Shown here in pieces: positions 9,684 through 20,084 of a DNA stretch of 64,000 nt. Position 1 is the stretch's first letter. Each line of letters opens with the position of its first letter. The notes beneath the pieces were generated by a model. That model searched no databases and was not told where the DNA came from. It saw only the letters and a list, made by a program, of their open reading frames with translations. Origin of the DNA: Candidatus Poseidoniaceae archaeon (lineage in GTDB: Archaea; Thermoplasmatota; Poseidoniia; Poseidoniales; Poseidoniaceae); contig CASIAI010000003.1 of NCBI GenBank assembly GCA_949372655.1, positions 44,009 through 108,008 of the forward strand, written 5' to 3'. The translations under genes and the position numbers were made by a program.

Positions 9684-10851
9684 TTCTTTCTCTCCCAAAA
9701 ATATGTACAGCGCAAGTTGCTCCGGAGCCACCAACATTGTGAGTCAATCCTATCTCAGCATCTCTAACTAGTCTACTAGGCTCAACAGTACCTTTCAATT
9801 GCTTGAATACCTCTACCGCTTGTCCAGTTCCAGTAGCTCCTAGTGGATGACCTTTAGATTTCAGACCACCACTTGGATTAATGCAAACTTCGCCTTCATT
9901 CCTTTTTCCAAGTCCTTGCCTTGCAAACTTCCCACCTTCACCTCGACTTGCAAAACCCAAGTCCTCAGTTGCAAGAAGTTCTGCAATAGTAAAGCAATCA
10001 TGGACTTCTGCTAAGTCTATATCGGCGGGGCTTAATCCTGCCATGGTATAGGCAGATTGTGCGGCTTTCTGAGTAGCCATCAGTTGTGTTATAGAAGGCC
10101 TATCATGGAGTGCTAAATTATCAGATGCTGCCCCAGAAGAAAGTAACCATAGCGGGTCATCAGTGAATTCTTTTACGACATGGTCCGCAGCCAGGACAAC
10201 ACATGATGCACCATCTGAAGTTGGACAGCAGTCATACAAAGTTAGTGGGTCAGCTACCATGAAACCACCTTTTGCTTTTTCAAAGGAAACTTCTTTCCTA
10301 AGATGAGCTTGTTGGTTCTCAAACCCATGCATATGATTTTTCACACTTATATTTACTAAATCATCATGATTTGAATCAAATTCATGAAAATATCTCCTTG
10401 CCATCAAAGCATATGTCCCAGGAAAAGTAAGTCCAGCGAGTCTTTCCCATTCTGTATCACCAGAAACTCCTAGCCAAAATCGCTTTCTTTCAGGAGTTAA
10501 ATCATTCATTTTCTCGATACCCCCAGCAACTACTACGTCGGCTTGGCCGCTCTTGATGGCCATCCATGCATCTCTCAAAGCAAAACCAGAAGATGCACAT
10601 GCATTTTCCACTCTTCTTACAGATATTCCTTTCATTGCTGAATGTTCGGTTAGTAGTGCAGCAGTATTTCCTAATTGAGAACCACCAAATGCCACACTAC
10701 CGATGAAAGCCTCATCGATTCTGTTCGGATGGAAATTTTGATCTACGCTGTCAAAGGCATTCTTTGCAGCCTCAGCCCACATTCCCTTCAATCCAGAAGA
10801 GTGATTGCCGTACTTAGTCTGTCCAGCGCCGATGATGGCAACATCTACCAT
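9676..10851 (-). CDS. Archaeal-type thiolase (acetyl-CoA C-acetyltransferase)
   Basis: VENACASS, DCCPTSDGA, EVHDCFT, NPSGGLKSKGHPLGATG, HNVGG. Start moved to ATG 10851. Confidence 0.93.
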   Translation of the reverse strand: MVDVAIIGAGQTKYGNHSSGLKGMWAEAAKNAFDSVDQNFHPNRIDEAFIGSVAFGGSQLGNTAALLTEHSAMKGISVRRVENACASSGFALRDAWMAIKSGQADVVVAGGIEKMNDLTPERKRFWLGVSGDTEWERLAGLTFPGTYALMARRYFHEFDSNHDDLVNISVKNHMHGFENQQAHLRKEVSFEKAKGGFMVADPLTLYDCCPTSDGASCVVLAADHVVKEFTDDPLWLLSSGAASDNLALHDRPSITQLMATQKAAQSAYTMAGLSPADIDLAEVHDCFTIAELLATEDLGFASRGEGGKFARQGLGKRNEGEVCINPSGGLKSKGHPLGATGTGQAVEVFKQLKGTVEPSRLVRDAEIGLTHNVGGSGATCAVHIFGRERNA

Positions 10852-10971
10852 GACCAGTCCAACACACGGTAGCATTTGATTGAAACGGTTATTTTCGTAA
10901 GACCGATATGATTCCTAAATTGGAATATGTATGCGTAGGAACTAAGAACAAGTCACTTACCCCCTTACAAT

Positions 10972-11679
10972 ATGCTACGGCAATGTAAAGCACATGGGCA
11001 CTTTAGCGGGGCTAACTGTCCTGTATGCAATGAAGAAGGGAAGTTCATAATGAGTGATAGAGAGTCAAACTCTCTCGGACGTATTTTAGCACTGGTGCTA
11101 AGACACGCACCTGAAAAGTTCAATGTTGAAATGGATATCAATGGATGGGTCAATATCCGAGAATTATCTGATTCTATCTCCAAGCAAAGAAGACACTACC
11201 ACTGGCTAAGAGGCTGGCATTTCTCGGCAATTGCAAATGCTGATGAGAAAGGAAGATATCAAGTTGAAGGTGAGATGATAAGAGCTACTTACGGTCATTC
11301 CATTGAACTGGAACTTGATTTACCAACAGATGATATTCCAGAAGGACTTTATTGGCCTTGTGAAGAAGAACAGGTTGAAACAATTATCGAACTTGGTATC
11401 ACTGCTGGTGACCGAAAGCACGTTCACCTTTCCAAGACAATTGGTAAGGCAATGGAAGCAGGACACGTTAGAATTAACCGTCCAGCAATATTAGAAGTAG
11501 ACACTGTTAGAGCAATTGCAGATGGCCACACCGTTTTCCGTGCAGGTACAACTGTATATCTTATTGATGAAGTACCAGGGGATTACCTGTACCGTGTTGA
11601 GCCTGATGACCCAATAATTACCGAAATGGTAGCACAGTGGGAAGTCGAAGAAGCAGAAGCAGAAGCAGAAGAAGAGTAA
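10972..11679 (+). CDS. kptA: RNA 2'-phosphotransferase (Tpt1/KptA)
   Basis: LRH, DEKGRY, IRATYGHS, RKHVHLS, plus archaeal N-terminal CxxH/CxxC. Confidence 0.92.
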   Translation: MLRQCKAHGHFSGANCPVCNEEGKFIMSDRESNSLGRILALVLRHAPEKFNVEMDINGWVNIRELSDSISKQRRHYHWLRGWHFSAIANADEKGRYQVEGEMIRATYGHSIELELDLPTDDIPEGLYWPCEEEQVETIIELGITAGDRKHVHLSKTIGKAMEAGHVRINRPAILEVDTVRAIADGHTVFRAGTTVYLIDEVPGDYLYRVEPDDPIITEMVAQWEVEEAEAEAEEE

Positions 11680-12024
11680 TTACTCTTTTTTACTCATTGT
11701 TCCACACGCTGGACAGAAATTCAAATCACTGTCTAGACTTGCTCCACATGTATCACACATGGTGTTGCCCAGTACCAATGCTTGAACCTTGCTTGCGGGC
11801 GGAGGGGCTTCGATATCAGGGTCACTAGAAACTAAGATTAAAGGATCAATTCCGTGTGCTACAAGTTCTTTGTACCTATTTGCGAAAATCAAACATTCTT
11901 GGATCGAAGTTTCCAGTTGTAACGTCCTTTCTTCTCTCTCTATTCTATCATCAATACTTTCAGCTTCTTCTAAAGATGCCTGCAAGTGGCGCATGTATTC
12001 TTCTAATGTCGGTGAATCAGCCAT
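11680..12024 (-). CDS. Small protein: helical N-terminus plus C-terminal Zn ribbon
   Basis: CDTCG...FCPACG. Confidence 0.7.
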   Translation of the reverse strand: MADSPTLEEYMRHLQASLEEAESIDDRIEREERTLQLETSIQECLIFANRYKELVAHGIDPLILVSSDPDIEAPPPASKVQALVLGNTMCDTCGASLDSDLNFCPACGTMSKKE

Positions 12025-12102
12025 ATACCATGGTCTAAGCCTTTATTCTTCAATGCTTTCAAAGAGGGGCATCCTCATGAGGATAGTCTTCATGGGAGTT
12101 AC

Positions 12103-12921
12103 ATGCGCGATTGTGTAGTCATCAAATGGGGTGGCAGTCTAATTACGGATAAGGAGAAAATGTGTATTCCTGATATGGATACAATAAGTTCTCTGTCTGT
12201 TGTGATGAAACAATGTGTAGATGAAGGTCTCGATATAATTCTAGTTCATGGAGCAGGTTCTTTCGGTCATCTAAGGGCCAAACATTGGAGGCTAAATGAG
12301 GGTTTATTGGACACTGAAGACTTTACCAATCAAAGTGATTGTAGTTCTCAAAAAGAGGCAGTTAGTATAGTACGTAATGAAATGCTTACATTGAATAAAT
12401 TCATCTATGATTCATTAGAATTTAACGGCCTAAAAACTTCGGTTAAACCACCACATAATTGGGCAAGAAATACAGGCAGTGGTTTTGATGGAGATATATC
12501 TAAAGTGTTCTTTGATTATCAAGATTCACTATGTGTGACCTTCGGAGATGTTGTTGATTGTGATGGGGTAAAATCATTTGGTATTTTGTCTGGTGATGAT
12601 TTAGTAGTTCGAATTTGTAAAGAGATACCTAATGTCAAGAGACTTGTTTTTGCAATCGGTGGTGTTGATGGTATTCTCAGAAGACCGCCTGAGGATTTGA
12701 AAGATGATGATTTGATAGAACTGTGGTCTCCTAATATGAAATTTGAGGGATTACATAATACTGAAATTGATGTTACAGGCGGAATAGGTTTGAAAGCAGC
12801 CAGAGGTGCTGAAGTTGCTAAAATGGGTATTGAAGTATTGATTGTTAATGGCTCTTATCCACAAAGGGTATTCGATGCATGTAATGGAAAAGAGGTCTTA
12901 GGGACTAAAATAGTAGCCTAA
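12103..12921 (+). CDS. ipk: Isopentenyl phosphate kinase
   Basis: IKWGGSLITDK, LVHGAGSFGH (IPK-signature His), GDVV, ILSGDD, DVTGG. Adjacent to IDI-GGPS. Confidence 0.92.
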   Translation: MRDCVVIKWGGSLITDKEKMCIPDMDTISSLSVVMKQCVDEGLDIILVHGAGSFGHLRAKHWRLNEGLLDTEDFTNQSDCSSQKEAVSIVRNEMLTLNKFIYDSLEFNGLKTSVKPPHNWARNTGSGFDGDISKVFFDYQDSLCVTFGDVVDCDGVKSFGILSGDDLVVRICKEIPNVKRLVFAIGGVDGILRRPPEDLKDDDLIELWSPNMKFEGLHNTEIDVTGGIGLKAARGAEVAKMGIEVLIVNGSYPQRVFDACNGKEVLGTKIVA

Positions 12922-12991
12922 AATTTTATTTAATCATCAAAAACAGGGAACTATTCATTTATCGAGTCCGTTTGCGAAGACTGGTGATGAC

Positions 12992-14749
12992 TTGACAGGG
13001 TATCAAATTAAAGATGTTCCTTCGTTGGAAATCAATGATGAGTACAAGCAGATACTTCTGGATTCAAGTGCAGACTCAGCACAAATCGATTTGATGTCTG
13101 AAGCAATTATCGCTGTAGATGAATCCGATAATGAAATTGGGGATGTCTCTAAAGTAGAGGCTCATCATTCATCAGGTATGTTACATCGAGCATTTAGTGT
13201 ACTTTTATTTGATAGCAATAACCGCTTACTTTTACAAAAGAGAGCCTCTCATAAAGTGACTTTTCCAAATGTTTGGGCTAACTCTTGTTGTTCTCACCCT
13301 CTGTATTCTGAATCTGAGAGAGAGCTTACCGACGCTCTAGGTGTGAAACGGGCTGCAGTTCGTAAACTTAACCAAGAATTAGGGATTAGTGAAGATCAAG
13401 TTCCTCTCAGTGATTTTTATTTCGTAACTAAAATGATTTATTCCAGTAGAATGAGTGAAGAATGGATAGAAAGAGAAATCGACCACATTCTAATTATCAA
13501 GGCAGATGTGGACGTCAACTTTAACGAGAACGAAGTCTCAGAAATTAAATGGGTAAGTCAAGAGGAATTGGAAGAAATGCTGGTGGCAGAAGTTGAAGGT
13601 GATGGAGAAATCGCACCATGGTTCAGGTGTATTGCTTCACGATTGATGACTGATGAATGGTGGCAAGCTGTAGGCGACTCCGAAAAAATTAGTCAAATAT
13701 CAGATGATGTAATCCATGATATGGGTGATGTTTCACATATGTTGTCTTATGCAGAAGGGGCAGGACTTGACATTTCTATTAAGGAAGTTAAACCACTCGT
13801 TGAAAGAAGAATTTCAGATAGTTTGCGCGCATCGAAACACTCAACACTTTCTGATGCTATGATGCATTTAGTTGATGGTGGTGGAAAGAGACTTCGAGCA
13901 ACACTACCTTGGCTTGTATCCAAGGCGGTTGGAGATTCTCATTCAGGACTTTTAGACATAGGTGCTGCAATCGAGATAGTTCATAATTTCACACTAGTTC
14001 ATGATGACATAATGGATGATGATGATACTAGGAGAGGATTAAATGCAGTTCACATAGAGTATGGACTTCCAACTGCTATCAATGCAGGAGATGCAATGTT
14101 AGCCATTGCTTTTGAGAGGTTAGTTCTGGCAAAAGGACTTGAAAACAAGGATGTAGCTGCAATGGTGAACCGTTTGGCATGGATGGTTAGGCGTGTTAGT
14201 GAAGGTCAGCAACTAGATATTGAATTTGAAGATAGAATTGCGGTTTCAGAAGAAGACTATTTCGAAATGATTGAGGGTAAAACAGCAGTTATGTTCCTGA
14301 CTTGTGCAGAGATAGGCTCAAGAATGTCTGGTGCAGATGATGAAACAATTCAATGTATGGCAGATTGGGGTCTTGCAGTAGGTTTGTGCTTCCAACTTAT
14401 GGATGACCTAATCGATGTATTATCTGACTCTGCTACACTTGGTAAACCGGCAGGTTCTGATTTGGCTCAAGGCAAGCGTACTCTTATGGTAATTCACGCA
14501 TTATCACAAGATGATTCAGAACAACTAAGCAATTTGAAGGCAGTTCTTGGTAAAGGAGATTCTGCAACTCAGCAGGAAATCGATCTTGGTTTGAAAGCTC
14601 TTGATGAACTCGGTTCTATCAAATATGCTAGAGAGAGAGCCGAAATGTACCACTCGAATGCTCACTCTTGTCTTGATATGTTACCTAATAGCCCTGCACT
14701 GAAAGCATTGAGAGAGTTGACTGATTACCAATTGAAACGTATTAGTTGA
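12992..14749 (+). CDS. Fused type-1 isopentenyl-diphosphate isomerase and geranylgeranyl-diphosphate synthase
   Basis: N-terminus: HRAFS, WANSCCSHP, EREIDH, APWF. C-terminus: GGKRLR, FTLVHDDIMD..RRG, FQLMDDLID. TTG start preceded by a GGTGA SD. Confidence 0.92.
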   Translation: MTGYQIKDVPSLEINDEYKQILLDSSADSAQIDLMSEAIIAVDESDNEIGDVSKVEAHHSSGMLHRAFSVLLFDSNNRLLLQKRASHKVTFPNVWANSCCSHPLYSESERELTDALGVKRAAVRKLNQELGISEDQVPLSDFYFVTKMIYSSRMSEEWIEREIDHILIIKADVDVNFNENEVSEIKWVSQEELEEMLVAEVEGDGEIAPWFRCIASRLMTDEWWQAVGDSEKISQISDDVIHDMGDVSHMLSYAEGAGLDISIKEVKPLVERRISDSLRASKHSTLSDAMMHLVDGGGKRLRATLPWLVSKAVGDSHSGLLDIGAAIEIVHNFTLVHDDIMDDDDTRRGLNAVHIEYGLPTAINAGDAMLAIAFERLVLAKGLENKDVAAMVNRLAWMVRRVSEGQQLDIEFEDRIAVSEEDYFEMIEGKTAVMFLTCAEIGSRMSGADDETIQCMADWGLAVGLCFQLMDDLIDVLSDSATLGKPAGSDLAQGKRTLMVIHALSQDDSEQLSNLKAVLGKGDSATQQEIDLGLKALDELGSIKYARERAEMYHSNAHSCLDMLPNSPALKALRELTDYQLKRIS

Positions 14750-15203
14750 TCAGTTCATATTCTTCATTATTAGAAACTGTACCGGGTTTTAGCACTCTAG
14801 CATACCATCTAGTGAATTGGTGGTACTTTTTATGAGATATTAATTTAAATTCTCCATCGGTAAATGATTTAGATATTGTTCTACATGGAGGGGCATCTTG
14901 AGTTATTTGAATTTCTAACTCATTGAATTTTAAAATTGTCCCAATAGTGATGTCTCCAATACTTGAGCCACCAATCAAAATATTTTCACCAGTGCTTCCG
15001 GGACTTATTGGATGTCCTTTATTCTGTAAATCTCTAATTATATGATTTTGAATCAGGCAGACTGCTTTATCTTCTCCACCATGGTGTTTAAGGTCGTTTT
15101 GTTTATCGCCAAAGCAACCTGAACTATCGATATATAGATTATCGACGGGTAACTTAGGAACTCCGCCTTGAGATACAAAAAGACCTAATATTGAGGCCTT
15201 CAT
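14742..15203 (-). CDS. MOSC-domain protein (YiiM-like)
   Basis: GGVPK, GD.Q...KHHGG.DKAV, GENI, PCRTI, WYARVLKPG. Confidence 0.85.
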   Translation of the reverse strand: MKASILGLFVSQGGVPKLPVDNLYIDSSGCFGDKQNDLKHHGGEDKAVCLIQNHIIRDLQNKGHPISPGSTGENILIGGSSIGDITIGTILKFNELEIQITQDAPPCRTISKSFTDGEFKLISHKKYHQFTRWYARVLKPGTVSNNEEYELIN

Positions 15204-15208
15204 ATTAT

Positions 15209-17416
15209 TCAATCCGAGTAGTATGATTCAGGATTAGGCTCAGGCTTCAATCCTTTTCTAGTTCTAATTGAACCGACTACTTTGTCGAATAACATTTGTG
15301 GAAGTGGCTCGAAACCAAGATTCTCTGTATTCCAAACAGCACGTCCTTGAGAAGCAGCACGGATATCGTTAGAGAAACCGAAAGTCTCTGCAATTGGTAG
15401 AACACCAACAACGGTAGTAACTTCGCCCTCTGATGGCATGTCTTCAATAATTCCACGTCGGTTTGTCACTTCACGTGTAACTTGACCAAGCCAATCATTA
15501 GGTACTGAGACAAATGCTTTTTGCATTGGTTCCAGAATTACAGTACGTGCTCTCATCATGGCACCTTTGATACCATTTCTAACAGCAGGAATAGTTTGAG
15601 CTGGTCCACGGTGAATTGCATCTTCGTGAAGTTTAGCATCGACTAATCTTACAAACATACCTTGAACAGGCTCGTCTGCAATAGGTCCCTTTGTACAAAC
15701 TTCATTGAATGCTTCGATTATCAATTCACGAGTTTCGTGTAATCCTTGAATACCTTTGGTATCATTTACCAATACATTGGTTCCATTGATTGCGTAAATC
15801 TTTCTCATCAAATCCTTATCCATTCCAACTGCACCGAACTTATTTCCAGTTTCCTTTCCGTCACTAGTACGGATTGTTCCGCTACCTAGATCACCAGAAC
15901 GGAGTGCTTCTATAACTTCAGTAGAAAGTGCTTCGACTTCAAAGTAGAATCTGTTGTGTCTATTAGGTGATTTACCTTCAAATGACCTACCATGATTATT
16001 TCCTTCAATACCTTCACGATAAACAACAATAGGTGGACTAACCTTTACTTTGATATTCTGTTCTTCTTCAATACGGTAAACAGTAATTTCAAGGTGAAGT
16101 TCTCCCATACCAGCGAGTAATGCTTCTCCAGTTTCTTGGTTGGTTGTAACTTGCAGGGAAGCATCAGCCTTAGCAAGTGAACGCAGAGCATCGACAAACT
16201 TTGGAAGGTCTTTCATACTCTTTGGTTCAACAGCAACAGTTACAACAGGGTCTGAGTAGTGCCTAATTGCTTCGAATGGTGTGAAGTCTTTGTCGTGAGA
16301 AAGTGTAAGACCAGCAGCAGCCGAACGGATTCCGGTAAGTGCAGCAATATTTCCTGCAACTACCTTAGGGACGGTAATTCGGTCGCCTCCAACCATCATG
16401 CTGACTTGTTGGACACGTTCTGGCTTTGCAGCACCGATTGCGTAGACGGTTTCTCCTTGTGCAATTGCACCTGAGTAAATTCTACCAACTGCTACTTCAC
16501 CTGCGTGAGGGTCCATCCAAATCTTAGTGATCATCATTGCTAGTTCTGCTTCAGGGTCGCATGCCATCATAGACTTTGCGATATCAGATTCTAGGTCTCC
16601 AGTCCAAATATTTGGTACACGGTATGGTTGTGCTTCAACTGGACCTGGTAATTTTGATACTGCCATGTCGAGGAGAACCTCGTGAACAGGGGCTTTTTCT
16701 GCAAGTTCCATTTGATTTTCATCATTACAGTACTTGAAAATATCAGTGAAAGAAATCCCTGATTTAGCCATGTAAGGGACTGTGATTCCCCAGTTATGGT
16801 ATGCGGAACCAAATGCTACAGTACCGTCACCTACTGAAACTTGCCAAGATTTCTTAAATTCTTCAGGTGCAAATTGCTTGATTAGTTTGTTTACCTTAGT
16901 AATTGTACCCTTGAATCTCTCCATCATGTCTTCAGGGGTTACTTGAAGTTCGTTTATCAGTCTGTCAACCTTGTTAATGAATAGAACAGGCTTTACTTTC
17001 TCTTTCAATGCTTGTCTAACAACAGTTTCAGTTTGCGGCATTGGACCTTCAACAGCACAAGCCAGAATGAAACAACCATCAACCGCACGCATGGCACGTG
17101 TTACGTCTCCACCAAAGTCAACGTGACCAGGTGTATCGATTAGATTGATTAGATAATCAGTTCCATCAACAGCGTGAACCATAGATGCAGATGCAGCATT
17201 GATGGTAATTCCACGAGCAGCTTCTTGCTCATCGAAGTCAAGTACACGTGCTGAACCAGCAAGGTCACTGGACATCATACCCGCTCCGGCGATCAAATTA
17301 TCGGAGAGAGTTGTTTTGCCGTGATCTATGTGTGCGGCAATACACAAATTTCGAATTTGTGGTAGTATATGCATAACTTCTGTTGCTTTCTTAATGTTGT
17401 CTTCTTTACGGCCCAT
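15209..17416 (-). CDS. fusA: Translation elongation factor EF-2
   Basis: AHIDHGKTT, RGITI, DTPGHVDF, NKVD, diphthamide loop HEDAIHRG. Confidence 0.98.
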   Translation of the reverse strand: MGRKEDNIKKATEVMHILPQIRNLCIAAHIDHGKTTLSDNLIAGAGMMSSDLAGSARVLDFDEQEAARGITINAASASMVHAVDGTDYLINLIDTPGHVDFGGDVTRAMRAVDGCFILACAVEGPMPQTETVVRQALKEKVKPVLFINKVDRLINELQVTPEDMMERFKGTITKVNKLIKQFAPEEFKKSWQVSVGDGTVAFGSAYHNWGITVPYMAKSGISFTDIFKYCNDENQMELAEKAPVHEVLLDMAVSKLPGPVEAQPYRVPNIWTGDLESDIAKSMMACDPEAELAMMITKIWMDPHAGEVAVGRIYSGAIAQGETVYAIGAAKPERVQQVSMMVGGDRITVPKVVAGNIAALTGIRSAAAGLTLSHDKDFTPFEAIRHYSDPVVTVAVEPKSMKDLPKFVDALRSLAKADASLQVTTNQETGEALLAGMGELHLEITVYRIEEEQNIKVKVSPPIVVYREGIEGNNHGRSFEGKSPNRHNRFYFEVEALSTEVIEALRSGDLGSGTIRTSDGKETGNKFGAVGMDKDLMRKIYAINGTNVLVNDTKGIQGLHETRELIIEAFNEVCTKGPIADEPVQGMFVRLVDAKLHEDAIHRGPAQTIPAVRNGIKGAMMRARTVILEPMQKAFVSVPNDWLGQVTREVTNRRGIIEDMPSEGEVTTVVGVLPIAETFGFSNDIRAASQGRAVWNTENLGFEPLPQMLFDKVVGSIRTRKGLKPEPNPESYYSD

Positions 17417-17566
17417 GGTATCACCTAACTCTCGCTGATTGTGGCCACCAAAAAGGGGTTCTTAAGTGACTCGCATGTAATGTACAGTCTATTAGCAAAT
17501 AGTGACAACTAATTGACATGAATTGATTACTATTAGGTGCACTTTTTGTGCACTAAATTCTAAGAA

Positions 17567-18196
17567 TCATCTTGCGGATGCAGCGATTCTTTCAAGTTCT
17601 TCTTTCTTAGAAACTGAATACGATGTTACATCGCCAGCAGCTGCTTTGTTGAGTTCATTGATTATACAACTTGTTAGAGTTCTTTTTGACTTGTGAGTGC
17701 CTTGTTGTGCACCCTTTGCCAGGTTTCTAAGAGCTACATCAAGTCTTCTTGAAGGAGATGAATCGACTGCTTTAGGTTGAGATACTGCACCAAATTTGAT
17801 TCTGGTAATTTCTTCCATAGGTGCTCCATTACAGATAGCATCAACGAAAGTTTGCAGAGGGTTTCCACCAGACTTGCTGGCAATACTGTCAAGAGCAGCT
17901 TCAAAAGCTTTCATTGCGCCTTGCTTCTTTCCTGTGTAAGGACCAGTTCTCATAAGTTTGTTGATATATCTTTCAACAACAGATAACTTTGCCTTTCCAA
18001 ACCAAGCATTAGCGTGGCGTCCACCAGTGTGAGGAACTCCCACTGTTGTAAGATTGATGTATGGTGCAAGTCCAGGATCTTTACAGGTAATCTCGGAAGC
18101 ATCCCACTTTCCAAAAACCAGTGTACCTATTCCAGCAATCGGTCGGTACTCTTCGACCTCTTCTTTTATTTCTTCTACTACTTCTGCTTCTGTCAT
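17567..18196 (-). CDS. rps7: 30S ribosomal protein S7
   Basis: VFGKW, NPLQ, AVDSSPSRRLD, KKEELERIAASAR. Lies between S12 and EF-2. Confidence 0.97.
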   Translation of the reverse strand: MTEAEVVEEIKEEVEEYRPIAGIGTLVFGKWDASEITCKDPGLAPYINLTTVGVPHTGGRHANAWFGKAKLSVVERYINKLMRTGPYTGKKQGAMKAFEAALDSIASKSGGNPLQTFVDAICNGAPMEEITRIKFGAVSQPKAVDSSPSRRLDVALRNLAKGAQQGTHKSKRTLTSCIINELNKAAAGDVTSYSVSKKEELERIAASAR

Positions 18197-18205
18197 AAAA
18201 ACACC

Positions 18206-18634
18206 TCAGCGAATTGGCTTCTCCTTTCTTCCACGGACCATCTCATCTAGAGATACACCGTTAACTTGGATTACTTTGTATCTAACTCCTGGAATATCTC
18301 CATAAGAACGACCCATACGACCACCGATACCTTCGACCATAACTTCGTCGTGTTCATCGATGAAATTTATTGCACCATCGCCAGGAGCGAAAGCCGTTAA
18401 CTTATTTCCGTTTTTAATGAGTGAAATCTTTACAGCCTTACGAATTCCGGAGTTAGGTTGTTTAGCCTCAATACCGACTTTTTCAACGACGATACCCTTG
18501 GCTTGAGTAGACCCTGCAAGAGGGTCGTGCTTAGCACGTAACTTTAGCATACGCTTCTTATATCTACGATCTGACCAACGGAATTTTTGTCGATCTTTTG
18601 CCATCTTGGCACCTGCGAAGAGTCCTCTACCCAT
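18206..18634 (-). CDS. rps12: 30S ribosomal protein S12
   Basis: [30 protein letters not shown] 18634 has a GAGGT SD. Confidence 0.97.
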   Translation of the reverse strand: MGRGLFAGAKMAKDRQKFRWSDRRYKKRMLKLRAKHDPLAGSTQAKGIVVEKVGIEAKQPNSGIRKAVKISLIKNGNKLTAFAPGDGAINFIDEHDEVMVEGIGGRMGRSYGDIPGVRYKVIQVNGVSLDEMVRGRKEKPIR

Positions 18635-18772
18635 AATAACAACCTCATTGAAGCAATTCGCCGACTCGAAGCCCCTATTTAACAACGACCCAAGAACCTG
18701 ATTTTGTATTGTAGTTGAAGAGTTTACCTATAATGGAAATTACGCGTAAATAGTGGGTATTTCAATGAAAGG

Positions 18773-18778
18773 TTCAAG
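18773..18778 (+). promoter_or_regulatory. Putative TATA-equivalent TTCAAG
   Basis: 23 nt upstream of UbiD ATG 18802. Confidence 0.55.
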
Positions 18779-18801
18779 CGACTATTACATTTGGACAGTA
18801 T

Positions 18802-20073
18802 ATGGCGTTTCGTGACCATCTTGAATTTGCAGAAACTGAAACTACTCCGGTAAGTTTGATTCATGGTATGTGGAAATATTCTAATGAACACAACCATTCT
18901 CTGACTGTTTTTGAACAAATAATAGAAGCACCGGGGCATAAAGCGGCCGTAAATTTACTGACCCGAGAACGTTTGTGTCAGGCTATTGGGATTACTCCAG
19001 AACAGTACATTGATACTCTTGCCTGGGCTATGGAAAATCCTTCGCAGCCGATACTGGTGGATGCATCTGAAGCGGAGTGTTATGAAAATATGCAAGAAGA
19101 AGTAAATCTTGAATTGATCCCAATACCTCATCATTGGCCACAGGATAGAGGAAGATATTCCTCTGCAAGTGTAATTATTGCTGAGTATGAGGGAGTTCGT
19201 AATATGTCATTTCACCGTCAATTCTTGAGAGACTCTAACCATACTGTTGTTCGATTAGTACCTAGACACCTAAGGTCAATGATGCTCAAAGCAAGAGAAG
19301 ATGGTAAGGAAGTGGATATCGCAGTTGTAAATGCTCCCGACCCAGTGGTATTACTTGCAGCAGCAATGTCATTTAGTGATAATATTGATGAATTGACAAT
19401 AGCAGCTGCTCTTCATGAGAAACTGTATTCAAAACCCCTTAGACTTACCAAAATGCCTAATGGGATACAAGTTCCAGCAGATTCCGAATATGTTATGTGG
19501 GGTAGAATTACTTTAGAAAATGATGACGAAGGTCCTTATGTAGACATTACTGGAACAGTTGACGATGTGCGTCAAGAACCAGTCATAGAAATCGAGGGTG
19601 TATTTCATCGCGATGAACCAATATTCCATGCTCTAATCCCCGGAGAGGCTGAGCATAAGACTTTGATGGGTCTTCCTAGAGCGCCTACCATCAAGGATGC
19701 TGTTAACAAGGTCTGTGAGTGCTTAGATGTTCATATGACCGAAGGTGGTTGTGGTTGGTTATCTGCGGTTGTCAAAATCAAGAAAAATAATCACGATGAC
19801 GGAATAAAAGCGATTAAGGCTGCACTTGACGGCCACCGTAGTATGAAAATGGTTACAATTGTGGATGAAGATATTGATATTTCTGACCCTGTAAGAGTCG
19901 AGTGGGCTATGGCTACTAGATGGCAACCAGATAAGGATACAATTATTTTATCTAATCAGAAAGGTAGTTCCTTAGATCCATCTCGTAATGAGGATGGAAC
20001 TACATCAAAAGTTGGATTCGATGCTACCATTCCTTTTGGTTATGATAAAAGTGGATTCATGTCGGTACAATAA
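18802..20073 (+). CDS. UbiD-family (prFMN) decarboxylase, likely anhydromevalonate-phosphate decarboxylase
   Basis: NMSFHR, PRHL, EGPYVDITG, EH..LMG, IVDEDIDI, VEWAMATR, GSSLDPS, GFDAT. Confidence 0.85.
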   Translation: MAFRDHLEFAETETTPVSLIHGMWKYSNEHNHSLTVFEQIIEAPGHKAAVNLLTRERLCQAIGITPEQYIDTLAWAMENPSQPILVDASEAECYENMQEEVNLELIPIPHHWPQDRGRYSSASVIIAEYEGVRNMSFHRQFLRDSNHTVVRLVPRHLRSMMLKAREDGKEVDIAVVNAPDPVVLLAAAMSFSDNIDELTIAAALHEKLYSKPLRLTKMPNGIQVPADSEYVMWGRITLENDDEGPYVDITGTVDDVRQEPVIEIEGVFHRDEPIFHALIPGEAEHKTLMGLPRAPTIKDAVNKVCECLDVHMTEGGCGWLSAVVKIKKNNHDDGIKAIKAALDGHRSMKMVTIVDEDIDISDPVRVEWAMATRWQPDKDTIILSNQKGSSLDPSRNEDGTTSKVGFDATIPFGYDKSGFMSVQ

Positions 20074-20084
20074 GAGGTGTTTAT

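Noticed and set aside
11641-11676. gaagca short tandem repeat
   Set aside because: Encodes the acidic EAEAEAEEE tail of KptA; the unit is a multiple of 3, so no phase variation.
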